A stretch of 64,000 nt of DNA, taken from the human T2T-CHM13v2.0 reference genome, Homo sapiens. A model generated the notes under the pieces. The model saw nothing but the letters and a program-made list of their open reading frames with translations, was not told the DNA's origin and ran no database searches. Shown piece by piece: positions 1-14,309 of this stretch. Within the stretch, counting starts at the first letter, position 1, and the number at the start of each line of letters is the position of its first letter. Where the stretch lies: NCBI RefSeq assembly GCF_009914755.1, contig NC_060925.1; one strand, written 5' to 3'. The translations under genes were made by a program, and so were the position numbers.

Positions 1-344
1 CTTTCCCTGTGCACCGTCGTCTTGGGGCCTCTCTCTGGGATCCTGTGTTTGCTCCCTTTGCAGACCCTTTGCTCAGCATCTGAGTCTTGCACTCCGCCCA
101 GGCACCTGACTTTAGCTCTTTGCTGATCCTTCAGAGAAGCCTCAGACGGTAGCACTTCTGTGCTCTGGGCCTTATATCCGGTCAGCCTCTCAGTCTCCTG
201 CCCATCCTGAGCTCCTGTAACCTTGATCTGCTCCAGAGGCTGCCTCCTCTCCCCCCATTCTCTTTTCCCTACATGAGGCCTGGAGCCTTGAATTACTTTG
301 TGGAACAGACACCTCCAGCCCCACCCAGGACCCTGTTCCCCACT

Positions 345-460
345 GCAGACTAGCACTGGACTGTGAAGTGTGTGAAAAATTAACCTTTATTGTGTTAAAC
401 CACTGAGATTTGGGGGTTATCTGTTATATCAGTTAGCCATTACTGTTGACTAATAATACA
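345..460 (+). mobile_element. MaLR (MLT-type) LTR 3' fragment
   Basis: Typical MLT end: ...tgtgttaaaccactgagatttgggggttatctgttat...gactaata. Confidence 0.55.
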
Positions 461-487
461 AGCTTATTTCCATCATCCTGTTTTATG

Positions 488-793
488 CTTTTTTTTTTTT
501 TTTTTTTTTTTTTGAGACAGAATCTCACTCTGGCACCCAGGCTGGAGTACAGTGGCATGATCTAAGCCCACTATAAGCTCCGCCTCCTGTGTTCAAGTGA
601 TTCTCATGCCTCAGCCTCCTGAATAGCTGGGACTACAGGTGCATGCCACCATGCCTGGCTAATTTTTCTATTTTTAGTAAGATGGGGTTTAGCTGGGTTG
701 ACCATGCTGGTCTCGAACTCCTGGCCTCAAGTGATTCACCTCCCTCAGCCTCCCAAAGTGCTGGGATTACAGGCATGAGACACCACGCCTGGC
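488..793 (-). mobile_element. Full-length Alu (older S/J type)
   Basis: Poly-T then gagacagaatctcactct...cccaaagtgctgggattacaggc; TSD tgttttatgctt on both sides. Confidence 0.95.
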
Positions 794-1186
794 TGTGTTT
801 TATGCTTTTGTTTATTATATTTTCTTGCTTTTTTGGGTAATATTCCTTAGTTTGTAAGTTTTCTTTAGTGATTTGCAAAGTACACATTTTATTTTAAATT
901 CTATGGGTGGTTTTCTTTAAGCATTTTCAAAAGTACTCCTAAACTTGTATTTTCTCTAATCATCAAATTTAAGAAAAATAATATATTATACCATTTTACT
1001 TCTTCTTATGTAAGACAGTAAATCTTAAAAAGGTTTCACCTTTCCCTATGCCCTCTCCCAACCATCAAACCATTGACAATATAAGTAGGGACTAGAGGCC
1101 CAAGTTACACACAATCTTTCATAGTCACCAATTCTTAGTACCGTGTAGTTTTTCTAAACATCTCAGTTGGCTAAAAATTGTATGTC

Positions 1187-1985
<799 letters not shown>

Positions 1986-4479
1986 ATGTTTTTGTAAGTT
2001 CCTCAGGAAGCCGATGAGAGCCAATTTTATGTGGCTTTTGTGCATATCTGAGGATAATATGTTACCTTTGTAAGTGAATCATATTTCCTGGCTGAATCAA
2101 CAATTCTTGAGGCCAATAGCACCACTGACTTTGGACTTTGGTATTATGGAAAAGAAAAGGAGTCTTAGGAGGGTTGGATTAGTTGTGGTGGTTTTGTAAA
2201 TGAATATTTTATAGAATGAGGGATGACTATGTACTTGCCTGTGTGAGTCGGTTTTGCCAAATGCTTGTAGGGATTTTTTATAATTCATCCTGAGCTCCTA
2301 TACCCTTGGTCTGCTCTAGAGGTTGCCTCTGCCTCCCCCTTTCCCTTCTACCTCACCCAAGGTCTAGAGCCCCGAATTACTTTGTGGAGTAAGCACTCCC
2401 ACCCCTTGGAACGATTTCATTTTTCATCACGTTGTATCTAATTTATTTTTTCCCTGGAAATTCAACGACTCCTTTCACTTCACTGAGCACATTTTAGCCT
2501 TGGTCAACCCACTCCCCACCTTTTCCCCAGGGGAGGTGATGGCCTTTTGTATATTATTATTCCTTCTGCTCAGTTTCATTGCTCTTCTGCATTTGTGCTT
2601 CCTGGATTGGCACTTTGTCTTCCATGTTTGTCTACTTTTCATTACTTAGAGTCTAGCTTGTCTACTACTTCAATGCTTTTATTTCTTACAAGGCAAATGC
2701 TGCTATTGTGGATTTTAGTTGTTACTGTGTGTTTAATTTCTTCGCATTCCTTTCTTACCTTAATCACTGTCTGTCTATTTCAGAATCTCTCCTCCTGCAT
2801 TTCATCATCCATCTTCTATTGATCATGCATATTTCTTATATTTAAATGAGATTATTATGTCTATATCCATTTAAATTTTCATGTCTATTATAGTAAAACA
2901 TGTTTAGAAAAAAATTTTGTATTTTTTTAGGGAGATGGTTCTCTTTTAATGAGTGGTATGTTTTAAGTGGCATCATACAAGTTTATTTTATGTACTTTTT
3001 GCTTATTTCTTTACTTATTTTTGGAAAGGGAGAGATCTATACTGGTTCAGTGTGGTCAACCCACAGGGAACGTGCATTTCTTTGGTTGAATAGTTTATTT
3101 TCCTCCTAAGAGATGTTGGAATTCAGTTTTGGGATCTTAAACTGGCAGTCAAGTTGATGCATTCTGGCCAATTCAACTACTCAGTGTAGCTCGGTTAGAT
3201 TATCGTATGAGGATAATTTGAAGTAGTTTGTGTTTCTTTCTCTAGAGGTGTTCTATGAAAAACTGAATGGCCGGAGAGTGCCACCATTCTCAAAGCTTCA
3301 TTTATACCTTCCAGGCTATCCACATCCTCTCCTTCAAAAAATGTGTACATTCCTTTTGGCTATTCTCCAATTTGTTGAAGACTTAAATCTGACAAAGGAA
3401 TACCCCACTGTGTGTGTGCTTCTCTGTTCAGTTCCTTTAGGAGATCAGCTCTTGCAGTGTAAGTACACGAACCTTCTCTGTTTAAGGTTTAACTTGCTAT
3501 AATTGCTCAGAAATAAACCCTCTGGAAGCTGCTGAACCTGTGGCCATGATTCCTGGCAAGAGCTGTGAATGCAAGCTTCACTTCTGGTGCCTTCTGCCTC
3601 CTCTGGGCCAGCTGCCCACTTGCTGGCTGGAGGGAGGCAACACTGACCACTGTGGGGAGTTGCTGCCCTGTGACTGATCTGAAACGACAGCAAGGGAATC
3701 CAGGCTTCAGGCACAACCAGATGTTTTTCTAGCCCAGCATCCTCCCAGGAAGATAAGCTCCACTGGGCAGGGGTCCTGGTTAATCAAAACCATGCCCGCC
3801 AATGCCTGCTGCATGGTGACCAAAATCCAAGAATGGAGTTTTCAGTTTTCCCTGTATGTTAATCATTAAGAAGTATCCCTGAAGTTAAAAAACAAGGACT
3901 ATTAGCCAAATATGAGCTTTATGGGCATAGCAGAAATCCGAGTGTCCAGAGTGAGAAGTTCTCCACCTTCCATGGGTCCCAGATCTCTGCAGGGAAAGCA
4001 CATCGGCAGAGGACTGTCTCCTCTCCCTTCTTCCTTCCCCCTCCACGAAGCCAGACAACCGTAGCTTCAACCCGAACCACATTTGCGCATAAGAAATGAC
4101 TCAGTTCTTTTGAATATAACCAGGATCCCTCAACAGTGCTCCTAGGCTCCTCCCTGGCTTCCCAGCCAATTTATCCTCTGCACTGCTGCCACAGATCTTC
4201 CTGAAGTCCTCATATCCCCCCTAGACAATGAGCTCTTCCAGAAGCAGCTGTGTACATTCATATCTTCCTCCCTTTCACATGCCTGGGAGGGCCTCACCTC
4301 CACCCTGCATGGTGAGCTCCTACTGTTCTTTAAAGTGCAGCTGGAAAGGTGCTTCCTCCCTGTAGTCCACCCCCAACTGCCATACAGAATTATGATCTGT
4401 CCTCGCAGACACTTTTCTATTGTGTTTCGTGCATACTTCCACTATAGCATTCATCACATTATCTTAGAATCTATAGCAG

Positions 4480-4930
4480 AAACTGTGGGTTGGATGATCT
4501 GTGCTTCATTTCCAAACCTCTTATCTCTCTACTATTGAGGCTCTAAAAGCAAAGCAAAATTGATTTCCCACTTTTTCCCTGCCAGGCATGGCAAGTTCTG
4601 ACTAATGAGATGTAGGACAGTATCTCTAAGGATAGTGGTTCTTCCCAAATACACAAGCAAACTTTCATCAGGAGAGAGCTCCGTGCCCTTTCCTCTTCCC
4701 TCTTCTTTTAGACTGGAACACAGACATAATGTCTGGAGCTGCGGCAGCCAACTAGGTAGCCACGAGGATGAAAGCCTCAGGATGGCAGACCAAGAAGGAA
4801 GGTTATGGCTTCCTGAGCAGCGGTACCAAGTCTGGATGGGACCTTCAGATTCTTGTTCCAGGAGAAAAATGAACCCCCATCTGTTGAAGCCAGCTTTAGT
4901 CCGTTTTTCTATTTTCATTCCTAACTGATA
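4480..4930 (+). mobile_element. Old MLT1 (J/K/L-like) LTR
   Basis: aagttctgactaatgagatgta...ctggagctgcggcagcca...ttcctaactgata motifs. Confidence 0.55.
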
Positions 4931-5069
4931 TAATTTCTGTCTATAATACTGAGACCTTCAAGGGGAAAAGCTGTTTCTTATTTATATTTATACCCCCGTG
5001 CCTGGCAGAATGCCCAGCACTGAGTAAATGCTCCAAGTTTTTAAATTGAACTGAATGTTGTTACTGTCT

Positions 5070-5530
5070 TTAAAGTGTTCCAACAGCTCCTTATTATACT
5101 GAGAAATCCATTCAGAGTTCTTGTCTTGGCCTTCAGTGTGTAAAGACTCCTCCTTACCCACACAGCCTTATTTGCCCACATGCACGCAGCTCCAGCCACA
5201 TCAAGTGAGTGCCCTTTCGTGGCCAGATCCTGTATTTTCCCCTATGTTCATACCTTTGCTCTCTTACCCCTAGCTGGAAAGATTGCCTCTACAGTCCCAG
5301 GCAGAACTCCTCTCTCTCTTCTCTGTTACTGAACTCCGTCACTTGGCTTGCACTTATAGCATCTATTTTATCTTGGAGGTACCTGTCTGTTTGACTATTT
5401 CCCCACTAGAATGTGAACTCTTGGCAGACAAGGCCTGGCCTTGGTCTGGACTTTGTGTTTCCGACTGCACAGCATCACACAGTCTCTGGCACAGAGCAGG
5501 TAATCATTGCATATTTTGTTAGATGGAATC
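5070..5530 (+). mobile_element. L2 3' fragment
   Basis: ccccactagaatgtgaactc...ctggcacagagcaggt L2 terminus. Confidence 0.6.
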
Positions 5531-6719
5531 AGACCACAGCCTGAATGGCAGATGGGAAAGAGCAAAGACTGACATTAGACGGAACATGTTCCAATCCCAC
5601 ATTACTGGGTAATTGTCAGATCTCAAGGAAGGTCATTCATTCTTTCTGGGCCTCGATGATCTCATCTATAAAATGGGGACAGTAATAACTGATTCAGAAC
5701 CTGGTGTGCTATAGGTATTTGATGAATGTTTTAGAGGGGCAGAACCAAGAGCAAAGGGCTTTCCCTCCCTTTCTTTTCCAGTTTTCATCTGAGCTCGCCC
5801 ACTGATTATTAAAAACAAAACAAAACAAAACCCTCCAGCTCAACACCAGAAGCTGAGAAGAGTTTCCACTCCTATAGGATGAAACTTCTGTGTTCTATGT
5901 ACTGATGACACAGGCAAGGGTGACAGGGAGGGAGCAGCTCATGGGTCTGCCCTCCTGCTGTCAGCTGCCAGGCCTGGATGGAGTGCATTGGCTCATCCAC
6001 CCCATTCTTGGCACTTAGGAAGAAGCACTTGCCAGATGCTGTAGGTATTACCAGGGTTCAAGGAAAGGGGCTGCCTTCCATTCCACTCTTGTCACACACA
6101 TCCAGGCAGGACCCATTTTCCAGCTTGGACCACACCCAAGGGTAAGCCTGACTGTAGATTCCTGCAGCCAACTACTTTGCCTCTTGGGCACTCCTGGGAA
6201 GGGACCATCCTTGCCCAGCTTGCTGGAGCAAACCTGGCTACAGATCCCTCTGGTCACCCTCAGTGCTGGATCAGGGCTGAAGCAGGGTAGGGAGATGCAT
6301 CTGCAAGCCTTCTCCTGTCTGTGCCCCTGGAAATAGCCTCATCGGCTAGCCTGCTGCCTAGCCCATGTCCCTTCCCACCTAGCACACATGCTCCCACCCA
6401 CAGTACAGCACCCACCACCTGAGATCCTTTAGGGGTGACTTACAGCCTGCTGTGCTTAGGAATACTCTGTTTGGGTAAAATGAACAACTATCCACCTAGC
6501 TCCAGGTGGGAGTTCTCATCATTTGGGAATTACAAGCCAGCCACATTCTAGGTGCTTTATATATGTTCACTCAATCTTCATAGCAACCTTAAGGAGGGTA
6601 CCCTCTTTAATTACCATCTTAAACATAAGAGAACTGAGGCACAGAGGGCTTAAAGAGTTCCCTGAGCAACACAGCAAATAAGAGTTCAGGTAGGCTGGTA
6701 CCAGAGTCCAGCGCTTAGC

Positions 6720-8105
6720 TATGACTTGATAGTGAATAAACAATAAAACTCATGGGACATAAAGAATCCAGCTGAATAATCAAACCAAATGGCTCAAGTG
6801 CAAAATGCAGTTGACACAGGGAAAAACTGACAACCATTGTAAAACAAAACACAAATAGTATTCTCAGGGATACAAGATGATAACATATTGATAAAAACAA
6901 AAGTAGGCTGTCAAGAGCAGTCTAGAAACAGAAAATTAGTTTCCTTGAAATAAAAACAAAAGCAAGATTTCCAAAACAAAAAGAGGGTAAAGAACAGGAT
7001 AATTACTGTTGAGAACTGAATTAATGAAAACACAAGATCACTGGCAAAATAAAAACAGGATATAGAACTCTGAAATCACTAGAACAAAAAGCCAATTAAA
7101 GCAGATCAGCTAACAACAGGAAGAGTTAACAATAAAAAAAAGCAATATAGAAGCATAATGTATTTTGTTTGAAAGAAAGCATAATACATTTTATGTAAAA
7201 GAAATATAGCCCCTTGTACTCATTTCATATTCTTCAATGCCCATGGAACATAAATAAAACAAAAAGTTTGAAAAGTAAAAAAAGGCACAATGCAGTCAAA
7301 ATAAAAATAATGAAAAGCATACAAGATCTATAAACCACTTAGTAACTGAAAAAATTCTTAAATATTATTGGATTTAAGAGAAACCTAAATGAGTTATAGA
7401 CTAGAAATGAGCCCAGCTGAACACTCTATATGAAAAAGACAAATTGTCCAAACAGAAAACACACAAAGAACCAGAAACAGCAAAGACAATTAAATATCCT
7501 ATTGTCCATCTAAGCGGTGAAGACTGAAAGTATTGACAATGTCTAGTGATACTGCGTGGGGTAGCAGGCCTTCCCATAGACTTCTGGTAGACTTGTAAAT
7601 TGCTATAATATCTAGAAGAAAATTTGAGGTCATGTATCAAAATTTACCTCCTAAAAATATATCCTAAGGAAATAAATGGACAACTGTTCGAAGATTCAGG
7701 AATAAGAATGTTGGAGTGAAAAGCTGAAAAGATTCACTTATTCAACAGGGGAATAGTTAAATAAATTATGGTGGTACATACAATAGAATTCTCTGTACCC
7801 ATCAAACAGGATGAGGTAGGTCTATAGACATTGACATGATGAGATGGTGACATATGATTAAGAGGTAAAACAGAAAACAAGCTACTAAGCCATGCATGTG
7901 GATGAACTTGGTTTAGAAACATGTGCATTACATTTGCTTTATGTACATATTGGCACACAAAATATCCAAAAGAATAAGTAGAGCAAACAGACATTAATAG
8001 TTATTTTATGTGGGGTGTGAGGAGGAGTAAGATTACAGAGTAAGATTGTGGAAACGTTTCATTTCGAGTTTATAAATTTGTTTAAATTTTGAATTTTAAA
8101 AAAAT
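6720..8105 (+). mobile_element. Degenerate old L1 (L1M) fragments
   Basis: A-rich strand bias; L1 3' motifs (aggggaatagttaaataaattatggtggtacatacaatagaat). Confidence 0.55.
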
Positions 8106-8113
8106 GATTATCT

Positions 8114-8521
<408 letters not shown>

Positions 8522-8555
8522 TTATCCTAACTTTGCTGCTGGTTATTCAAGACAG

Positions 8556-8722
8556 GTGTGTGTGTGTGTTGGGGGTTGAGGCGGAGGGAGAGGAGAAAAA
8601 GAGAGAGAGGGAGGGAAGGAGAGGAAGAGAGGGAGTGGGAAAGAAGGAGGGAAGGAGAGGAGGAGAGGGAGAGAGGGAGTGGGAAAGAAGAAGGGAAGGG
8701 GAGAGAAAGGGGGAGGACGGAG
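8556..8722. repeat. (GT)n followed by a ~140-bp polypurine (GA-rich) low-complexity tract
   Basis: Seen directly in the sequence. Confidence 0.9.
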
Positions 8723-10319
8723 TGAGCACACATAAATACAGCTGTACGTGTGCATGCTATGCATACTGGCTGGGATGGCAGACTGGGGTGGGAGAATGAG
8801 GAAGGGACAGTGTCTTGCCACTCTATCTCCATCTTTCTGCAGCTCTCAGTGAAACTGGGAAGACATCTTCTTACTTCACATTAGCTCCTTTGAGGTTGCT
8901 GTGGCTCCAAGAAGCCATCCAGACTAAGGACTGATGTTATCTTTACCTTCTTTGGACCTTTACTTTCTTCTTCCCATTTTGGGATCCTCAGCATGCCCCC
9001 CATGACTTCATATTTCTTGCTATGTTACTCTGGAGAGGACGTTTCCTGTATTGGTTTTGATCTTGTCTTCCTGAGGGCTAGAAAGGCGCCTCCTGTCTCC
9101 CCTCCACCCCCATAGCCACCATTCTCATCAGTGAAAATGGTCCTCACTACTGCCCAGAAATCCATTCATCAGTTTATTGTAATTTCCTTGTGCCAGCCAC
9201 ACCTAGATCTGCTCTGCTCTCCTTAATTCCCAGAGAATTAATGCTGTGCCTTTTAGGTACATTACGGCCGCTATGCCATGGATGAACACATCCTTCTCTT
9301 TAGACGATGTGTGCCAAAGCATCTAGAAATGAAGTATCATGATGTTGACAGTGTACTTTCCAGCAGCTCAGCAAAAAGGAAAACAAAAGGATGGAAAGAG
9401 AAGAACAAAGAAAGCACATAAGCATATATGGCAAAATAGTAACGCCATTTGGGTGTAGGCGGTAGGTACGCAGGTACTTGGTGTATTGTTGTCACAAACA
9501 GTAGTTGAGAAAAGTTGGTGTGATCACTTGAATGTCCCCTGAATTTTCTCTTCTTCTCCATCTCCACTGCCACTGCCTGACTTCTGGCCTCCTCGTCCCC
9601 AGCCACACTCTGGAGGCAGCTTCCTCACTGCGCTTACCGGCCCAGCCCGTCCCACTCCGCCCATTCTCCTCCAAACTGCCAGGAGCTGTCAAAACGCAGC
9701 CTCATAGCCCCAACGCCCTCTGTGCTCCCCACAGCCTCCACCACCAGCTTCATCTCCCATGAATGCCGCCACCCACCAAATCGCAGGTGATCATCCAGCT
9801 GCGGGAACCATTTCCAGCTCCTTGAGGCTGACCACACTGCTTCACTCTGCCTAGAGGCCCATTACCCTCCCACCCACCTTCCTCCTTGGCTACCTGGCAA
9901 CCTCCTCTCCTTCCTTCAGGACTCAGCTCTAGGGTCACCTTTTCCAGAATAACTTCTCCCATCTCCTCCTGTCCTGCTTTTTCATTCCCCTTCCTCATTG
10001 TGCCACCACCTTGTTCTGGACAGACATGTGCGTCTGCTCTTTGTGAACCATGGCCACATCTCATTCATTTATATAATGCCAGCATCTGGCACAGGCACAA
10101 CCAGGTAGTAAACAAACAGATATTTGTGAATATGAGGGAATGAATGCATCAATGAATGATGCTCCAAGTGAAGAAAGTGGGAAAACCTCTTGATTTGCAC
10201 ATGTGTATACTAAAGTGAAATAGTCATTATGTTCTCGATCCACTCATTGTTCAACCACTAGTCACCGAGGAACTATCATAGATCCACTAGGCATATAACT
10301 ACCTTTATACTTGGGTCTT

Positions 10320-10935
10320 GCTTCATTCATTCTTTCATTCATCAAACACTTGACACTTGTTGAGCCGGGGGCACTGTGCTAAGAGCTGGGAGACTTGCAA
10401 AGATGAATCAGGCAGAGACCACAGCTCCAGGAGGGGAGGTAAGGCATGAGCATAAATAAAGGAGAAAAGTGGTCAGTGTCATCAGGAAAATATATGCAAC
10501 AGGCAATGGAAGTTCAAAAGAGGCAGAAAGGACTCCTAGGAGCCCCGCAAGAGAGGGGGTGAGGGATGACCTCCCGGGTGAGCTGACATTTGCACTTGAC
10601 TTTGAGGGATGGATAATTTTAGATGTAAGCCTTTGGAGGGAGGAGGGCGTTCCAGAGGAAGGGCAGAGTAGAAACAAAGGCCCTGAGCTAGGCCCTGAGC
10701 TAGGCCATGTACAGGGGTCACCAATAATTTTGCTTTGCCGGAATGTCATTGAAGAGAAGTGGAAAATAAGGTTGGGGAGGGAGGCTGAAGTCGCTGTAGC
10801 CTCAAAGGCCAGAATAAAATGTTTAGCTTTTATTCTGTGAGCGTGGGGTGGCCATGGAATCCGGTTTCTGATCAGAGGGTGAATTGATCAGGTATGCTTT
10901 CAGAAGGTTATCCCAGCAGTGCCGTGCAGGATGAA
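10320..10935 (-). mobile_element. L2 fragment
   Basis: cattcattctttcattcatcaaacacttg...cactgtgctaagagctgggga...gccatggaa...ttcagaaggttatc. Confidence 0.65.
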
Positions 10936-12499
10936 TGTGCATATTTAACTTGTTCCCTAACAATGCAAAGTCCCTATGTACACTGCTGACCTTATTTTCC
11001 TCAGAGTTTAGCTAAAAAATTTGTACATATTAAATACTTAATACATTTCCTTAACATTAATTGAACTGTGTACATAAGTGAATATCTATATTTCTTGCAG
11101 CAAAACACCCATTCAGCCAGTTCTTCTTAATTGGAAACTCTTACATGCAGGAATCTTCTCCTAGCTATACTTCTATTCCTTTTCTTGGCTCCTCACTATT
11201 CCAAATCCTTAGCACTTACTTCCTGGATCATTGTAACAGACTCCTGATGGTGTCTCCCCATGAGCTCTCTACACTGCAAATAACCCTGGTGGACCGACCC
11301 TGCTCAAGAACCTTCCATGGCTCCCTCTTAGTTACTGGCATTTAAGATGGTCCATAACCAGGCTATACTTTACCCCTATCTATCTCCCATTCCTTACCCA
11401 TGTGTTTCCCCTACTCCAGCCAGACTGTTTCCCCCCCAATTCCCTTGTTCTATCCTCCTTTCATACCTCCGCTCATACTGCTACCCCAACCTGCTCTTTT
11501 CCTCCTAACTCACCTGAGCCATGGCTCAAGGCCCCGTTTTGCCAGCAGTGCAATAGTGTGAAGATTCAGAAAGACCTGGGTTCGGATCTCAGAGTTTTGA
11601 TTCCCTGTGCAAACTTAGAAATGCTATGCATCCTCTTGGAATCTGAGTTTTCTCATCTATAAAATGGGAATTACAATAATGCCTATTTGTTATTAGGGCT
11701 TACTATTATTATCAATAGGGCTATTGCAGGGAGTTAATAAGGTAGGCTCTGTGTTCAGTAAATGGTGATGGTTCTTTCTCCTCTGACTCCTTGAAATTCC
11801 AATAAGGAATGCCTGGAAGGAAGTTACATTTTGATGGCATACCTATTTTGAAGGAATTTATCTTTTGAAGAAGTACATACCACTGCTGGTCTTTTGCTAT
11901 TTACTTCCTCCACAACTCTAAAATACAAGCATTTCTGTCCTCATTTTAAAGATGAGGAAACAGCCTAAAAAAGGGAAGCAATCTGCCAGGGGCCATACAG
12001 CTAAAGCTGAGTTAGTGCTTGCTAACTGTCAGAAATAACCACAGCAACTGTTATTAAATATTTCACTATGTTCCAAATACTATACTGAGCATATTACATG
12101 CAATATCTCATTCAAGTGCTTTATCCTGAGATCCACACTCTACAGAAGAGGACAATGAGATGCAGAGAGGATAAGGAACTTTCCCAAAGTCCTGCAAACA
12201 GTACATGGAAGGGTTGGATTCAAATGGGGGTCTGCATGCCTTCAATCCATGCCCTCGGCTACTCTGCTGTAACTGTGCTATCTGGGCCAGTGAGGTGTAT
12301 GGACTTGGCATGAAGCCCTGAGAGGCTGAGACTGACCTTTCTAGATTTTCTAAGGCATCCAGTATAGCAACCACTATTGATCACAAGGTTCTCCAGGTGA
12401 GGCAGGCAGGCCAGGCACTAGCTGGATGGCCTGGTGATGATGCTGATGATGGCTCCCCTGAACAACTGGCGATAGTTACTTTGTCAGCCCTGACACTTA

Positions 12500-12685
<186 letters not shown>

Positions 12686-13346
12686 TCAGTGGCTCCTTTT
12701 GCCTGTTTGCTCTTGAGTCCCTTCCCTCTCCCATTCATTTCAAGTGATTGAGCACAGCATATTAAAAGGTCTCTGGATGAGACTTATATCCAGAACCTAT
12801 AAAGAACCCCTACAAATCAACAATAAAAAGACAAGTAACCCAATTTATAAAAGGCAAAGGATTCGAATAAACATTTCTCCAAAGAGGATATATAAATAGC
12901 CAATACATACATGAAAAGATGTTTAACATTGTTAGTCATTAGGGAAATACAAATCAAACTCACAATGAGATATCACTTCACACCCACTGGGATGTCTATA
13001 GTCAAAAAGACTATACAAGCGTAGGTGGGGAGTGGAGAAACTGGAACTCTCATCATTATTGATGGAAATGTAAAATGGTGCAGCTGCTTTCAAAAACAAG
13101 TTGGTGGTTCCTCAAAATGTTAAACATAGTCACCATATGACCTAGCAATTCTGCTCTTAGGCATATACCCAAGATAAATGAAAACATGTTCACATAAAAA
13201 CTTGAACATGAATGTTCATAGCAACGTTATTCATAGTTATCAAAAAGTGGAAACAACCCAAATGTCTATCAACTGATGAATGAATAAACAAAATGTGGCA
13301 TAGCCATACAATGGAATAGTATTCAACCATAAAAAGGAATCAAGGC

Positions 13347-13661
<315 letters not shown>

Positions 13662-13931
13662 GGAATCAAGGCTTGCTACATGCTACAATATAGATGAACG
13701 CTGAAAACATTAGTTAAGTGAAGGAAGTCAGACACATTGTGCGATTCCACTTATGTGAAATACCTAGAATAGGCAAATCTTGGAGACAGAAGGTACGTTA
13801 GTGGTTGCCAGGGCCTGGGGAAGGGGACAACGGGGAGTGGCTGTTAATGGGCATGGGTTTTCTCTTGTGGGGGACAAAATGTTCAAAAATTAGATTGTGG
13901 TGATGGCTGTACAAGCCTGTGAGTATACTAC

Positions 13932-14309
13932 TCACATGGTTAGGCTTTGTGTCCCTACCCAAATTTCGTCTTGAATTGTAATCCCCAGATATTGAGGGAG
14001 GAACCTGGTGGGAGGTGACTGGATCATGGGGCCAGTTTTCCCCATACTGTTCTCATGATAGTGAGTGAGCTCTCACGAGATCTGATGGTTTTATAAGTTC
14101 CATCAGAACTTATGAAGTTCCTCCTTCTCTCACTTTTCTCTCTCCTGCTGCCTTGTAAAGAAGGTGCCTGCTTCCCCTTCCGCCATGATTGTATGTTTCC
14201 TGAGGCTTCCCCAGCCATGAGGAACTGTGAGTCAATTAAGCCTCTTTTCTTTACAAATTACCTAGTCTCAGGTAGTATCTTTACAGCAGTGTGAGAACAG
14301 ACTAATATA
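13932..14309 (+). mobile_element. MSTA/THE1-family solo LTR
   Basis: tgtgtccctacccaaat...ttgaattgtaatcccc...gagaacagactaatata; 5-bp TSD actac. Confidence 0.88.

Noticed and set aside
8527-8832. Overlapping Ser/Pro/Leu- or Glu/Arg/Gly-rich ORFs
   Set aside because: Artefacts of the polypurine low-complexity tract
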